Positions 31,081 to 41,857 of a stretch of DNA of 64,000 nucleotides are shown piece after piece. The notes under the pieces were generated by a model. That model worked only from the letters and a program-made list of their open reading frames with translations. It did no database searches and was not told where the DNA came from. How positions within the stretch are numbered: the stretch's first letter is position 1; every line of letters begins with the position of its first letter. Origin of the DNA: Chloroflexota bacterium (GTDB taxonomy: Bacteria; Chloroflexota; UBA11872; VXNJ01); NCBI GenBank assembly GCA_963664795.2, contig CAXXYJ010000024.1, forward strand, positions 4,154 through 68,153. The letters run 5' to 3'. A program made the position numbers and the translations under genes.

Positions 31081-31490
31081 TTTTTGCCGTCGGCGGCCGC
31101 GGCGGCCCGGGTCGGGATCTTGTACCAGACCCACCAGGCACCGAATGCGGCCAGCCCCGCACCGGCCAGCGCCAGCAGGACCGGCGGGCGGGCGAGGGTG
31201 ATCGAGACCGTTATCGACAGCGCGATCGCGGCGATGATCGCGAGCTTGCCGGCCCGCGGCAGGGTCGGGTCGTCGTACCAGGCCTGCAGCCTGGGGCCGA
31301 ACAGGCGGTTCTCCAGCAGCCAGCGGTGCAGCACCGGGCAACTGCGCACGAACGCCCAGGCCGCCAGAATCACGAAGATGGTCGTCGGCAGACCCGGCAC
31401 GACCACGCCGATCGCTCCCAGCGCAAGGCACAGCACGCCGAAGGCCATCAGCAGGTAGCGTCGCAGGCGATCGCCCAGCTGCTGGTGCAT
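31077..31490 (-). CDS. YbaN-family (DUF454) inner-membrane protein
   Basis: 137-aa ORF with 'GAIGVVVPGLPTTIFVILAAWAFVRSCP...HRWLLENRLFG'. Confidence 0.75.
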   Translation of the reverse strand: MHQQLGDRLRRYLLMAFGVLCLALGAIGVVVPGLPTTIFVILAAWAFVRSCPVLHRWLLENRLFGPRLQAWYDDPTLPRAGKLAIIAAIALSITVSITLARPPVLLALAGAGLAAFGAWWVWYKIPTRAAAAADGKN

Positions 31491-31807
31491 CAGACCGCCC
31501 CGGCTCCCAGGTGGACCTGCTGCCGGCCGCGGCGCGAAGAGCGGTGAATGAGGCCGCGGGCCTCCAGGTCGAGCTTTACCGAGGTCACGTACCAGCCCAG
31601 CGAGGCGCCCTCCCAGAGGCCGTTAGCGAGCGAGTCGGCGCAGGATTCGGCCAGGTCGGCGAATGCGATGCCGTCGTCGCTGGAGTCCAGTTTGCGCAGC
31701 ATCACGCCCTTGAGGTCGTAATAGCGATGGGCGCTGATCCTCACCGGCTTGGTTCCCGGTTTCGGATTGAGAATCGGGACCCGCTCCTCGGCATTGCGGC
31801 CGGGCAA
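31490..31807 (-). CDS. Conserved hypothetical protein (possibly DUF6958-like)
   Basis: 105-aa ORF with coding-like composition. ATGA overlap with the ybaN-like gene start. 'WYVTSVKLDLEARGLI' looks family-like, but the assignment is from memory only. Confidence 0.45.
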   Translation of the reverse strand: MPGRNAEERVPILNPKPGTKPVRISAHRYYDLKGVMLRKLDSSDDGIAFADLAESCADSLANGLWEGASLGWYVTSVKLDLEARGLIHRSSRRGRQQVHLGAGAV

Positions 31808-31900
31808 AGCCGCCCCTCCTAAATAACATCAATTGCCACGATTTGATTTTATGTGTGCCAGGCCGGCAAGGGCCGACGGCGACTTCCTGGGAGCGCAAAA

Positions 31901-32674
31901 ATGGGAATTCTGGAGCGGTTTTCGCTGGCCGGCAAGAAAACGCTGGTCACCGGCGGCGGCACGGGCATTGGACGGGCGATCGCCACCGGACTGGCCGAAG
32001 CCGGCGCCGACGTGGCCCTGGTCGGGCGCCGCCCGGAGCCGCTGGAGGAGACCGCCGCGCAAGTCCGCGCCAGGGGACGCAGAACGCTTGTGCTGCCCGC
32101 CGACGTGCGCTGCAAGGAGGATGTCGACCGGTTCATCGACGCCATCGTGGCCGCCTGGGGCAGGCTGGACGTTGCGGTCAATAACGCCGGCGTCGGCGCG
32201 CACATGGAGACCCTGGACGCGTCGGAGACGGCCTGGGACGAGATGATCGACACCAATCTAAAGGGACCGTTCCTCTGCATGCAGGCCGAGGCGCGGGCGA
32301 TGATCAAGGCCGGCGGCGGCAAGATCATCAACAACGCCTCGATGTCGGGCAGCATAGTAAACCGTCCGCAGTGGCAGGCGCCCTACAACACCTCCAAGGC
32401 GGGGCTGATTCACCTGACCCGCTCGGTGGCCGCGGAATGGATCCCGCACGGCGTTTATGTCAACGCCTTGAGCCCCGGTTACATCGTCACCGAAATGGCC
32501 GACAACCCCCATATCCGCGAAAACCTGCAGCCGACCTGGCTGCGCGACACCCCGATCGGGCGAATGGGCACCGTCGAGGACCTGCAGGGAGCGGTGGTCT
32601 ACCTGGCCTCGGACGCGTCGAACTTCACGGTCGGGCTGGACATGATCGTCGACGGCGGGTTCACCATCTTCTAG
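31901..32674 (+). CDS. SDR-family oxidoreductase
   Basis: 'KKTLVTGGGTGIGRAIA' (TGxxxGxG), 'NNAS', and catalytic 'YNTSKAG'. ATG at 31901 preferred over ORF-track start 31853. Confidence 0.85.
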   Translation: MGILERFSLAGKKTLVTGGGTGIGRAIATGLAEAGADVALVGRRPEPLEETAAQVRARGRRTLVLPADVRCKEDVDRFIDAIVAAWGRLDVAVNNAGVGAHMETLDASETAWDEMIDTNLKGPFLCMQAEARAMIKAGGGKIINNASMSGSIVNRPQWQAPYNTSKAGLIHLTRSVAAEWIPHGVYVNALSPGYIVTEMADNPHIRENLQPTWLRDTPIGRMGTVEDLQGAVVYLASDASNFTVGLDMIVDGGFTIF

Positions 32675-32746
32675 GCGGGCCGCGCGGCAAACAAGCAGAA
32701 ACCGGGCGGGCCAACCCCCGTCCCGGCCACCAAAGCGAGCAGACTG

Positions 32747-34177
32747 ATGGCGACCGAAACCCGAATTCCGGAGCCTCCGGCCGAACTCGACCGGATGCTC
32801 AGCGAGAACCAGGCGGGCCTGCCGGGCCGCATCCGGTCCCCGCTGAACATCGTCATAATCGGCGCCGGATCGCATTTTACGCCCAAGCTCGCCGCCGACA
32901 TCCTCGCCATCCCTGGCACCGCCGGCGGACAGCTGCGGCTCTGCGACATCGACGCCGGCCGGCTTCAGACGATGACCGCGGTGGTGGAGACGCTCATCGA
33001 GCGGACCCGGAACGCCGGGCGCTGGTCGGTCGAGGCCGGCACCGACCGCAACCGGCTGCTTGCAGGCGCCGACTGGGTGGTGATCACCATCGAGGTCTCG
33101 GGGCTGGAGACGATCGGCTTCGACAACGCCATCCCCGAGCGCTACGGGGTCGACCAGTGCATCGGCGACACGCTCGGCCCGGGCGGACTCTTCAAGTGCT
33201 TTCGGACCCTGCCCGCGTTCATGCGGATCCTCTCTGATTGCGAGCGCTGCTGTCCCGAAGCGATCGTCCTCAACTACACCAATCCGATGGGTATGCTCTG
33301 CCTGGCCGCCGCGCGCGATTCGAGCATGAGGGTCGTCGGCCTGTGCCACTCCGTCCAGGGCACATCGCGGCTGCTGGCCGCCCGCGCCGGCGTCGACTAC
33401 GACGAACTGGAATGGGAGTGCGCCGGCATCAACCACCTGGCCTGGTTCACTCGCCTGGAGCACATGGGGCGCGACCTGTACCCGCTGCTGAAGGAGCAGG
33501 CCCGGGCCGATCTTGGCGCCGCCGAGCCCGGCGACGACTCCCAGGATCTCGTCCGCAAGGACATGATGCTGCATTTCGGCGCCTTCATCACCGAGAGCTC
33601 GGGCCACCTGTCCGAATACCTGCCCTGGTACCGCAAGCGCGCGGAGACCCGCGAAAGATTCATGCGCTCGGGCTACCACGGGGAAAGCGGATTCCTGCAC
33701 CGCATGTGGCCCGAACGCCGTCGCGCCGACGAGGCCGAGCGCCGCGCGATGGCCCGCGGCGAGGCCGATCTGAGCACCACCCGGACCTACGAATACGCCT
33801 CCTGGATCATCGAGGCGGTCGGCAAGAATTCACCGTTCGTGTTTCACGGCAACGTCCCCAACCGCTGGCGCGGGGCCGGCCCCCTGATCACCAACCTGCC
33901 CGGCGACGGGATCGTCGAGCTGGCCTGCGTGGCCGACGGGCGCGGGGTGACCCCGACCGCGGTCGGCGACCTGCCGCCGCAGATGGCGGCCGTCTGCCGC
34001 AGCAACATGAGCGTCATCGAACTGGGCGCCCTGGCCGGCCTTGGGCGCGACCGCCAGCTCGCCCGCCAGGCCCTGATGCTCGACCCGCTCACCGCCGCGG
34101 TCTGCACCCTGGAGGAGATCGAGGCGATGGCCGACGATCTGTTTTCGGCCGAGGCCGACTACCTGCCGGGTTGGTAA
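32747..34177 (+). CDS. Glycoside hydrolase family 4 (NAD/Mn-dependent alpha-glucosidase/galactosidase type)
   Basis: 476-aa ORF with 'NIVIIGAGSHFTPKL', 'VVGLCHSVQGT' and 'AGINHLAWF'. Confidence 0.8.
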   Translation: MATETRIPEPPAELDRMLSENQAGLPGRIRSPLNIVIIGAGSHFTPKLAADILAIPGTAGGQLRLCDIDAGRLQTMTAVVETLIERTRNAGRWSVEAGTDRNRLLAGADWVVITIEVSGLETIGFDNAIPERYGVDQCIGDTLGPGGLFKCFRTLPAFMRILSDCERCCPEAIVLNYTNPMGMLCLAAARDSSMRVVGLCHSVQGTSRLLAARAGVDYDELEWECAGINHLAWFTRLEHMGRDLYPLLKEQARADLGAAEPGDDSQDLVRKDMMLHFGAFITESSGHLSEYLPWYRKRAETRERFMRSGYHGESGFLHRMWPERRRADEAERRAMARGEADLSTTRTYEYASWIIEAVGKNSPFVFHGNVPNRWRGAGPLITNLPGDGIVELACVADGRGVTPTAVGDLPPQMAAVCRSNMSVIELGALAGLGRDRQLARQALMLDPLTAAVCTLEEIEAMADDLFSAEADYLPGW

Positions 34178-34511
34178 ATCCGGCAATCCAATTGCCGATC
34201 GTCCCAAATGCGCAGGACTCGGTTGGTTCCAATCCGGTGCTTGCGAATCAGCCGCCTTGATCCGGTGGTGGATCGCGTCGGAAAGTCCTTCGCGGCTGAC
34301 ACGCGCCCGACAACCGGCCAGTTGACCGTCGCTCATTCGGATGGGTTAATTCGGGCGAAGATAGATTCTGAATTGATGCGGCTTCGGACTCGGGCTGCGT
34401 CCGCGGGCGTGCGGACGCGCATTTGTGCCGATCCGCATGGAGGTCCTCCAGAAAAGCGGTCAATCCGGTTCCACCCGGTTCGGGCATAAAATTGCCTGTC
34501 GGCGGGAGTGA

Positions 34512-34874
34512 ATGATACGGAGCAGGTCGGAATTGTCGATCAGCAAGTTGCTTCCAAACCAAACCCCGCGCCAGCTGGAAATGGGCGAGTACCACTATCT
34601 GATGCTGCTTGACAGTCCGCTTTCCAAGGGGGAGATAGATAGGCTGGCTCAAATTCCAGGGGTAACGATCCACTTTTTCGCCGACCACGTGTTTCACATT
34701 GATTGCAGCGAAAGCAAAGTCGCGGACGTTTGGCGCCTGTTGGATTTGCGTTCAGCAGACCACCCAGGTTCAATATTCGGACTTGACGGAACTTTCTCGA
34801 TTGCCACGGACACGAAGTATGGCGGGGAGTGGTCGATAGAGCGTCTGAAGGACCTATCCGCTGCGAAGGCATAG
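34512..34874 (+). CDS. Hypothetical protein (orphan, lower GC)
   Basis: 120-aa ORF in a ~1.1-kb lower-GC gap. It is followed 2 nt after its stop by a 7-bp GC-rich hairpin. No recognisable motif. Confidence 0.35.
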   Translation: MIRSRSELSISKLLPNQTPRQLEMGEYHYLMLLDSPLSKGEIDRLAQIPGVTIHFFADHVFHIDCSESKVADVWRLLDLRSADHPGSIFGLDGTFSIATDTKYGGEWSIERLKDLSAAKA

Positions 34875-34875
34875 T

Positions 34876-34896
34876 CGCGAGGAAGAAACCCTCGCG
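34876..34896 (+). terminator. Hairpin CGCGAGG-AAGAAAC-CCTCGCG immediately after ORF 34512-34874
   Basis: Perfect 7-bp stem and 7-nt loop read from the sequence. No U-tract. Confidence 0.3.
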
Positions 34897-35318
34897 GTAT
34901 CCGAGCGCGATGGATCGTCAACTTCCATTAGAACGCGCGTTCGCGAGTCGTCGACCACCTTTACGTTGCCGACACGAATCCGGTGGCCCATCTCCCGCTC
35001 TGAATGGATCTTCGGAATAATCGGGGCGATAGTCGGGGCCGCGCTCGACCGCCTCCAGGTTTTGTTTTGGTGAGGGCTGGTTGTGCGGCTCAGACTGTGG
35101 CAGTTTGGGGGCAATAACTCGAATTGGCGGTTAGCCTGGACGGAATTCGCCGGTCAATTCCGGATCCGATACTTAGCGCCCTCATGATTCTGAGTTGATT
35201 CCCTACAGGGACGGCCAACAATCGCGGTTTCGGTGCGAATTGAGTCGTCACGACCAACCGCTGACCGTGAAAGCAATGCGGCAAAGCAGCTCCGTACCGG
35301 CGAGACCTTATCGGCGGT

Positions 35319-35702
35319 TCAGCCTATCATCACCGCAATCGCGGTTAGAAGCGCTGCCGCAGAACCTGTGCCGAAAAGCAGCTTTAGCGACCTGAGTCTC
35401 AGTGCGCGCTTGAACTCGGGCGAATCGTGGCCGGCGATATCCCCGGCCACGGCCGGATCGACCTTGCCGATGAAGTCGAAACCCACGCATATCTGGTAGT
35501 GGGCCTGCCCTATCCCCATCAGCCCGAGCCACAGCGGGACCAGCAGCGCAAGGCGCCAGAGCGGGTCCAGCCCGAACGCCAGCAGCAGCGCCCAGGCAAG
35601 GATCGAGAGCTGGATGAGCACCACGCCGAAGATCATCCGTTGCCGCCGTTCGCCGGGGCCGATGTTGCAGACCAGCCCGCGGTAACGGTATTGCGATTCC
35701 AT
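35319..35702 (-). CDS. Small integral membrane protein (hypothetical)
   Basis: 127-aa ORF with three or four hydrophobic segments ('IFGVVLIQLSILAWALLLAF', 'LALLVPLWLGLMGIG', 'GSAAALLTAIAVMIG'). It lies 3 nt downstream of gltX. Confidence 0.5.
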   Translation of the reverse strand: MESQYRYRGLVCNIGPGERRQRMIFGVVLIQLSILAWALLLAFGLDPLWRLALLVPLWLGLMGIGQAHYQICVGFDFIGKVDPAVAGDIAGHDSPEFKRALRLRSLKLLFGTGSAAALLTAIAVMIG

Positions 35703-35705
35703 CGC

Positions 35706-37217
35706 CTATTCCTCGAGCAGCTTTACGGCGGCGCGCAGGCGTGAGCTGACGCGCTCGGAGCCCAGTACCGCCATTGTGGCAAAAAGTGGCGGGGTCGCCC
35801 GCGAGCCGGTGATCGCCATCCGGATCGGCATGAACAGAATCCCGGCCTTCCAGCCCAGCTCTTCGGCCAGGCCGCGCAGGTAGCCCTCGGTCAGGGCCTG
35901 GTCGGCAACGTCGTTCCGATCTGACCAGTCGGCCACCTGCGCCAGGGCGGCCGCGGTAGCCTGCGGCGTCTGACGGCGCGCCACCAGGAACTTCAGGTCG
36001 GGTTCCACTTTGTCGCGGAAGAAGAACGAGATGACGCCGGGCAGATCGGAGAGGCGCCGGATCCGTTCCTGCTCCAGCGCCAGGGAAGCCTCGAAATATT
36101 CGCGCGCCGGGCGTTCCACCGGCTCGATTCCCTCCAGCCTGGCCGCGGCGCCGTTCGACCCGGCGAAGTACCCGCAGCCTTCGAGGTAGTCCCAGGCCAG
36201 CCGGCTCAACTCGGCGATCGGCAGGTCGCGCACGTAATTGCCGTTGAACCAGTCGAGCCGCTCCTGGTCGAAGATCGCGTTGGCGCGGTTGATCCGCTCG
36301 GCCGAGAACGCGGAGACCAGTTCCTCGAGCGAGAAGAACTCGCGCTCGTCGCCAGGGTTCCAGCCGAGCAGGGCGATGAAGTTGTTCACTGCCTCGGGCA
36401 GGTAGCCCTGGTCGCGGTATTCCTGAATCGACACCGACCCGTCGCGCTTGGAGAGCTTCTGGCGCTTGGCGTTAAGGGTCAGCGGGATGTGGCCGAACCG
36501 CGGGCATTCCCAGCCCAGCGCTTCGTACATTACGACCTGCTTGAAGGTGTTGGAGATGTGGTCGGCGCCGCGCAGTACGTGCGTGATGGCCATGTCGTGG
36601 TCGTCGGCCACGACCGCGAAGTTGTAAACCGGGGAGCCGTCGGAGCGGGCGACGATGAAATCCCCCCACAGGCCCGCGTCCTCGCGCAGCCCGCCCAGCA
36701 CCAGGTCGTCGAACTCAACCTCCCGGGCCGCCACCTTGAACCGGTAACTGGCCTGCTCGCCGGCCTCGAGCCGGGACTTTACCTCGGCCTCGGAAAGATT
36801 CCGGCAGCGCCCCGAGTAGCGCGGCGGCAGCTTTGCCCGCTGGGCCGCCTTGCGCTCCTCGGCCAGCTGCTCGCGGCTGCAGAAGCAGCGATAGACGTGG
36901 CCGCGCTCGAAGAGGCGCTGCAGGTGCCGGCGGTGCTGCTTGAGCCGCTCGCTCTGCCGGTAGGGACCGTACTGCCCGCCGACGTCGGGGCCCTCGTCCC
37001 AGTCCAGCCCGAGCCAGCTAAGGCCGTTGTAAATCGCCTGCTCCCATTCGGGGCGGTTGCGGTCGCGGGCCGTATCCTCCACCCGCAGAACGAACGTTCC
37101 GCCGCTCTTTCGCGCCAGCAGCCAGTTGTAAAGCGCGGTGCGCGCGGTCCCTACGTGGATCGATCCGGTCGGACTGGGCGCGATCCGAAAACGCGGAGCC
37201 CCAGCTTCAGTCGACAT
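35706..37217 (-). CDS. gltX: Glutamate--tRNA ligase
   Basis: 'RIAPSPTGSIHVGTARTALYNW' (HIGH-type) and 'QKLSKRDG' (KMSKS-type). ATG at 37217 chosen (ORF track 37319 adds a non-family leader). Confidence 0.9.
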   Translation of the reverse strand: MSTEAGAPRFRIAPSPTGSIHVGTARTALYNWLLARKSGGTFVLRVEDTARDRNRPEWEQAIYNGLSWLGLDWDEGPDVGGQYGPYRQSERLKQHRRHLQRLFERGHVYRCFCSREQLAEERKAAQRAKLPPRYSGRCRNLSEAEVKSRLEAGEQASYRFKVAAREVEFDDLVLGGLREDAGLWGDFIVARSDGSPVYNFAVVADDHDMAITHVLRGADHISNTFKQVVMYEALGWECPRFGHIPLTLNAKRQKLSKRDGSVSIQEYRDQGYLPEAVNNFIALLGWNPGDEREFFSLEELVSAFSAERINRANAIFDQERLDWFNGNYVRDLPIAELSRLAWDYLEGCGYFAGSNGAAARLEGIEPVERPAREYFEASLALEQERIRRLSDLPGVISFFFRDKVEPDLKFLVARRQTPQATAAALAQVADWSDRNDVADQALTEGYLRGLAEELGWKAGILFMPIRMAITGSRATPPLFATMAVLGSERVSSRLRAAVKLLEE

Positions 37218-37800
37218 GCGGGCTCCGGTCGAGCTGGCCGCGCGCGTCGGCCAGGAGCACTCCCAGCGGCAGCCCTCCGGCCTGGAACCGGCCCTCGCCG
37301 ATCCCGCGCAGGACCGCATCCAGCGGAACCCATTCGGTCTGCAGGATCTCGGACCGGTCGCGGTCGTGCCCGACGTACTCGAGCCCGCGGGCGCGGAAAA
37401 ATACCAACCGCAGCCGGGTCAGGGCCGGAATTGGGTGAATCGCCCCGTAGGGTTCGGCCGAGAGCGCCGCGTAACCGGTCTCCTCGCGCAGCTCGCGCAG
37501 GGCGGCGGCCCGCGGATCTTCGTCCGGTCTTATCGACCCCATCGGCAGGTCGCGGACGACCTGCTTGAGCGGGTGGCGGTACTCGCGCACGGTGAGAACG
37601 CGGCCTGCCTCGTCCTGGGCGAGCACGGCGACCGCGCGGGCGCGGCTGGCCAGGTAGGTGTAGGTGTGGCGGCGCCCGTCCAGCTCGGCCGCGATCTCGT
37701 CCTCGTATACCGGGAACCGGCCCTGCCAGGCGATGCGCGAGGAGACCGTCGTCCAGCCCAAGGGCTGGGCGCTCTCGTCGCGCGGGCGCGAATCCGGCAC
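37207..37800 (-). CDS. NUDIX hydrolase
   Basis: Nudix box 'GSIRPDEDPRAAALRELREETGY'. Overlaps the gltX start by 11 nt. Confidence 0.85.
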   Translation of the reverse strand: MPDSRPRDESAQPLGWTTVSSRIAWQGRFPVYEDEIAAELDGRRHTYTYLASRARAVAVLAQDEAGRVLTVREYRHPLKQVVRDLPMGSIRPDEDPRAAALRELREETGYAALSAEPYGAIHPIPALTRLRLVFFRARGLEYVGHDRDRSEILQTEWVPLDAVLRGIGEGRFQAGGLPLGVLLADARGQLDRSPHVD

Positions 37801-37851
37801 TAGGATCTGCGCCGGGGCGCCGTCAGCGGCCAGGAGCGCGGCATCGCCCGA

Positions 37852-40312
37852 TCAGACGATCCGCTCCGGGGTGATCGTCTGTCCGCTTGCGACCGGGCCG
37901 GTGCGCCCGAAGGCGGCGTATTCGCGGTAATTGGGGACCAGCTGGTCGCGGAGCGAGTCTCCCAGCAGGGTCAGTTCGACCGTGCCCTGGGCCGAAAGCT
38001 GGAAAATCGCGGCCTGGAAGTACTGCCGCACGAATCCCGGCGTCTTGCCCTCGAACAGCGTCCCGAGGGCGCCGGTGTCGGTCCGGCCCTCGGTCTTGGG
38101 GAAGCCGAAGCTGTCGACCCCGCCCAGCTCGTTGAAGAAATCCAGGAAGCCGGTCCGGGTCCCGTTGACGGCGAAGTTGGAAACGTAGTGATTGAACCCG
38201 CCGAAATTGACCGCGCCGGCCGACGGCGGCGTCGAAGGCGCCGGCTCGACGCCCTGGTCGGCGCTGCCCCCGAGGCCGCCGCCGAAGTAGTCCCAGGCCA
38301 GCCGCCGCTCGACCAGCCAGGCCCCGCCCAGGTCGGGCCGGACGTGGAAATCGATCACTCCGCGCTGGAAGAACTGGGTCAGCGCGCCGGCTTCAAGTTC
38401 CACGACCTCCGAGGTGGCATAACCCCAGCGCTTGAGGCCGCCGGTCCGGTTGTAGTAGTCGAGGAAACCGGCGTCCCGGGTCTGGCCGCCGACCCGGACC
38501 CGCAGGTCGGAAATGTTGTGGTCCAGGTCCGGATTGGTCGAGATCGTGCTGCGGACAGTGTTGGTGACCTGGACCCATTCGAAAGTCGACGGGGCGGCCG
38601 CCGGCGGGGCGGCCTCGGTGACGGTGAGCCGGGCGATGGCGTGGATGGAGGTGAGGCTCAGCGCGGTGGTGCTCTCGCCGAAGAGGATGGTGAACGTGTC
38701 GTCGCGGTCGTTGGAATCCCGGGGTACGGCAAATCCCAGCAGGTAATCGCCCTTCTTTTTCGATCTGCGCGGCCGGCGGCGCGTCGCAGGGCGCCGGGCA
38801 GCCGGCGGCGCGGTCCTCGTAGGTGCCGGTGTCCGAGCCCAGCGAGCGGAACAGTACCGCGCTGTCCTCCAAACCGGTGACTCCCAGCACCAGCGTGCCG
38901 CCTTCGGCGGCGCTGTAGGAAGATCGCTCGAGGCCGTAATCGGGATCGTCGTCCAGTGCGTGGGTGTTGAGGCGGACCGCCTGGCGCGGCCCGACGCTGG
39001 CCCGGAACGACGCAGAGGCGTTGCCGAGGTCGAAACCGGCGCCGCGCGGACCCGGGTTGCCGCTCACGTCGATCAGCGCCATGGCCGGGGCGACGCGTTC
39101 GGAACCGGCTCCATCGAAGACCCCGGCCGGCAACGAACGCAGATCGTTGTCGGTGAGGTCCAGCTCACGGAGCTTGGTAAGCCCCGAAAAATCACCGCGC
39201 TTGAGTTCGTCAATGTCCGAATCGTCAAGATCCACCGAGGTGATTCCGGCCAGATCGTGATTGGAGATCTCGGAGCAGGACTCGTTCAGTTCCCTCACCA
39301 GCCAGTCGCGCACCGGTCGCGACCGGTCGCAGACCTCGATTGCGGGCGAATCGTCGTCGTCGAACTGCACGCGTTCGTCATCGTCGCCGCGCGAGATGGC
39401 GCGCTCGATCTCTTCGAAGTAGTCCTTCGCTTTGTCCCTGTAGGTGGGGGTGGCGTCGAAATTTACGGCAGATGGGATTGAATCGGAAACTGCGATCGCC
39501 TTGAGCTCGAGACCGATCCGCTCGGACCTTTCGATCTCAGTGTCGTCGGGTACCAGGAACGGGACCGCGTAAAGGGTCCGGACCGAATCCTTGGAGTTGA
39601 CCAGGAAGTAGACCTCCTCGCTGCCGCCCTCCAGGTCGACCTTGAGCTCGATCACCAGGTAGTAGCCGTCATCGCCAGCGTCGGCCGTGCCGGTGATCGT
39701 GTCGTCCCAGTTCGATAACTCGAACGGGATTGCACTCCACTGGAACCCGATCCAGGCTATCTCCCCCTCGACCGCGCTAAACGGCGTCCCGGAGAAGCCC
39801 GTATTGGCGGCGACGCCCCCGTCGAGCAGGAACGTCAGTCCGACGAACCGGTCGCGGCCCCTGGTCTCCAGGTCCGAATCGGCGCCGAAACTTCGCTGGT
39901 TCGACGTTCCGTGCGATCCCAGCGCCGCGTTGACGTCCAGGTCGGCGATGCCGAGGCCGCTGCCGCGCAGGTCTACCCGCGATCCCGGCGCGTAGCCGTC
40001 CAGTTCGCCCTTGCCGGGCACGAACTTGGCGCCCACGTACGGCGTGACGTTAAGGTCCCCAATCCACGCGGGGTCATTCGCCGAAGTGCCCTTGAACGCC
40101 GATTCGTCACACTCGAAGAATTCCTTGTCCAGGTGTGCCAGCAGCGCCTTGCGCATCGTGTCCGAGTATTCGCAGATCCCGGCATTCCCCGGCCCGAGCG
40201 CTCGCGTCGGCGAGCGGTCCGCGGCAACCAGCAGCGCGGCCGTCAGCGCCGCCAGCAGCGCCAGCGCCGCGATAGCGATGGTGGCGCGGGGTCTAGCGGG
40301 CGTAGCTGGCAA
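37852..40312 (-). pseudogene. Secreted/anchored protein with leucine-rich repeats and C-terminal LGFP-like repeats, frameshifted in this sequence
   Basis: N-terminal signal/anchor 'IAIAALALLAALTAALLVAA'. LRR 'LTKLRELDLTDNDLRSLPAGVFDG'. Frame A turns to nonsense after '...AAQIE'. Coding-like sequence 'KKGDYLLGFAVPRDSNDRDDTFTILFGES...' continues in the frame of ORF 37852-38403, with two 'GFLDxxNxxGG...GxP/ATSE...QxFQ' LGFP-like repeats. The switch is at the T5 run 38756-38760. 2461 nt is 820 codons plus 1. Confidence 0.7.
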
Positions 40313-40369
40313 TGACGGAAGGACCTGGAACTGGGGTTCTACTTGCTAACATTTTCTCGCCGCAAGCAA

Positions 40370-40440
40370 TGGGGTATCGTCTAGCGGTAGGACGCGTGGT
40401 TCTGGCCCACGTAGCGGAGGTTCGAATCCTTCTACCCCAG
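40370..40440 (+). tRNA. tRNA-Gln (anticodon CTG)
   Basis: Manual cloverleaf. Acceptor TGGGGTA/TACCCCA, D arm GTCT-AGCGGTA-GGAC, anticodon stem CGTGG/CCACG with loop TTCTGGC, T arm GGAGG-TTCGAAT-CCTTC. Confidence 0.9.
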
Positions 40441-40534
40441 CCCGATCGACTCCTAGCGCGGCCACTTCCCGGGAGCCTGCCCGGATAGTTGGTCCGCGCG
40501 ATCCAGGACCGCCTCCGGCCGCGTGCGCCGGCAG

Positions 40535-41572
40535 CTAATGGTCGCCGTTGGCGGAGTAGAACTGTTCGCAGTAGGCGCGGAACGCGCGGACTTCGCCGTC
40601 GGACCGGCACAGGCGCGGTTGCGATACGAATTTCTTGCGGCCCCAGATCTCCACGTCCTGGAGGACGTCCTCGGCCTGCTGGGCGGACATGAACCGGTTC
40701 AGCAGCGGGGCGCGCATCTTCACCGGCAGGAACCCGAGCCCCAGCAACCAGCGCTTGGGTTTGCGGATCTCGCGCACCTGGCAGGCCAGCGACATGTCGA
40801 TGTACTCGCCGTCGACCGGGGTCGCCATGATCCAGATCCGCATGTCCATCCCGACCGAGCGCTCGTGAACTTCCACGAGGGAGTAGCCAAAGCCGTAGAT
40901 GTGGGTGTCGGCGGCCGGGGAGAAGGTGAACTTCAGAAACCCGGCGATCTCGCGGGTGCGGGAAAAATCGAACCGGCTGCGAAGGTAGGGCCCGTCGATC
41001 GCCAGCGGGTCGACCCGGTCGACGCTGTCGTAGCCGTGCACGTAGCGCAGGTGGGCCAGATCGACCGAATTCTCGGTCGTTTCCTGCGGGTGGCCGCGGA
41101 ACCGCAGGGTCCTGATCCGCAGGTCGGTCCATCCGGTCTGGTCCGGCTGCTCGGAAGGCAGGTCCCACTGCGGTTCGCGCCCGTCGATCCCCCACCAGCC
41201 GAGGATCAGGCCGCATACGACGCGGGTGGGGAACACCCGCAGGCGGGCCGACCGGGGCGGGGCCGCATACGGGGTGTGGACGCAGCGCCCGTCGGTGTCG
41301 AACTCGAACCCGTGGAAGGGACAGACGATTCGGCCGCCGCTGACCCGGCCGCCGGCCGAAGGGCCCAGGAATGAACCCAGGTGGGGGCAGGTGGCCTCGG
41401 CCACGCAGACCTGGCCGTTATCGTCGCACCAGACGACTATGCTCTCCCCCATCCAGGTCTTCTGGAGGACGCCCTGTTTTTTCACGTCGCGAAGGTGGGC
41501 GACGTAGAACCAACCTTCCGGGTACGGGGAGGGCAGCGAGGCGACCGCGGGCTCACCGTGTTTTCTGGGCAT
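40535..41572 (-). CDS. Rieske [2Fe-2S] non-haem-iron oxygenase (KshA/Neverland-like single-component alpha subunit)
   Basis: Rieske 'CPHLGSFLG...[10 protein letters not shown]'. Mononuclear iron motif '[14 protein letters not shown]' (Dx2Hx4H). Confidence 0.85.
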   Translation of the reverse strand: MPRKHGEPAVASLPSPYPEGWFYVAHLRDVKKQGVLQKTWMGESIVVWCDDNGQVCVAEATCPHLGSFLGPSAGGRVSGGRIVCPFHGFEFDTDGRCVHTPYAAPPRSARLRVFPTRVVCGLILGWWGIDGREPQWDLPSEQPDQTGWTDLRIRTLRFRGHPQETTENSVDLAHLRYVHGYDSVDRVDPLAIDGPYLRSRFDFSRTREIAGFLKFTFSPAADTHIYGFGYSLVEVHERSVGMDMRIWIMATPVDGEYIDMSLACQVREIRKPKRWLLGLGFLPVKMRAPLLNRFMSAQQAEDVLQDVEIWGRKKFVSQPRLCRSDGEVRAFRAYCEQFYSANGDH

Positions 41573-41857
41573 CGCTCGTCACTCCTTGCCCGACGTTCCG
41601 GGCGCTGCGCCTGGCTCCCGAACAAATATTCCGCTACCCGGAACGGATTTTCCCCGATGCGGCCGCGCCGGCCGGGTCCGGACGGTGATGCGATCTCCGA
41701 CCGCCTCCCGGCGCCAAGAATCCCATCCGCGTTCTCAAGGTACCGCGTCCATTGCCGAACCGCGTGCGGCCCCTATTACGTATGGTCTGGTAAATGGGTC
41801 AGCTCGCTCCCGGCGGATCCCTGCTTTTGGAGCGAGTCCTTGTTGGGAGACGAACGC

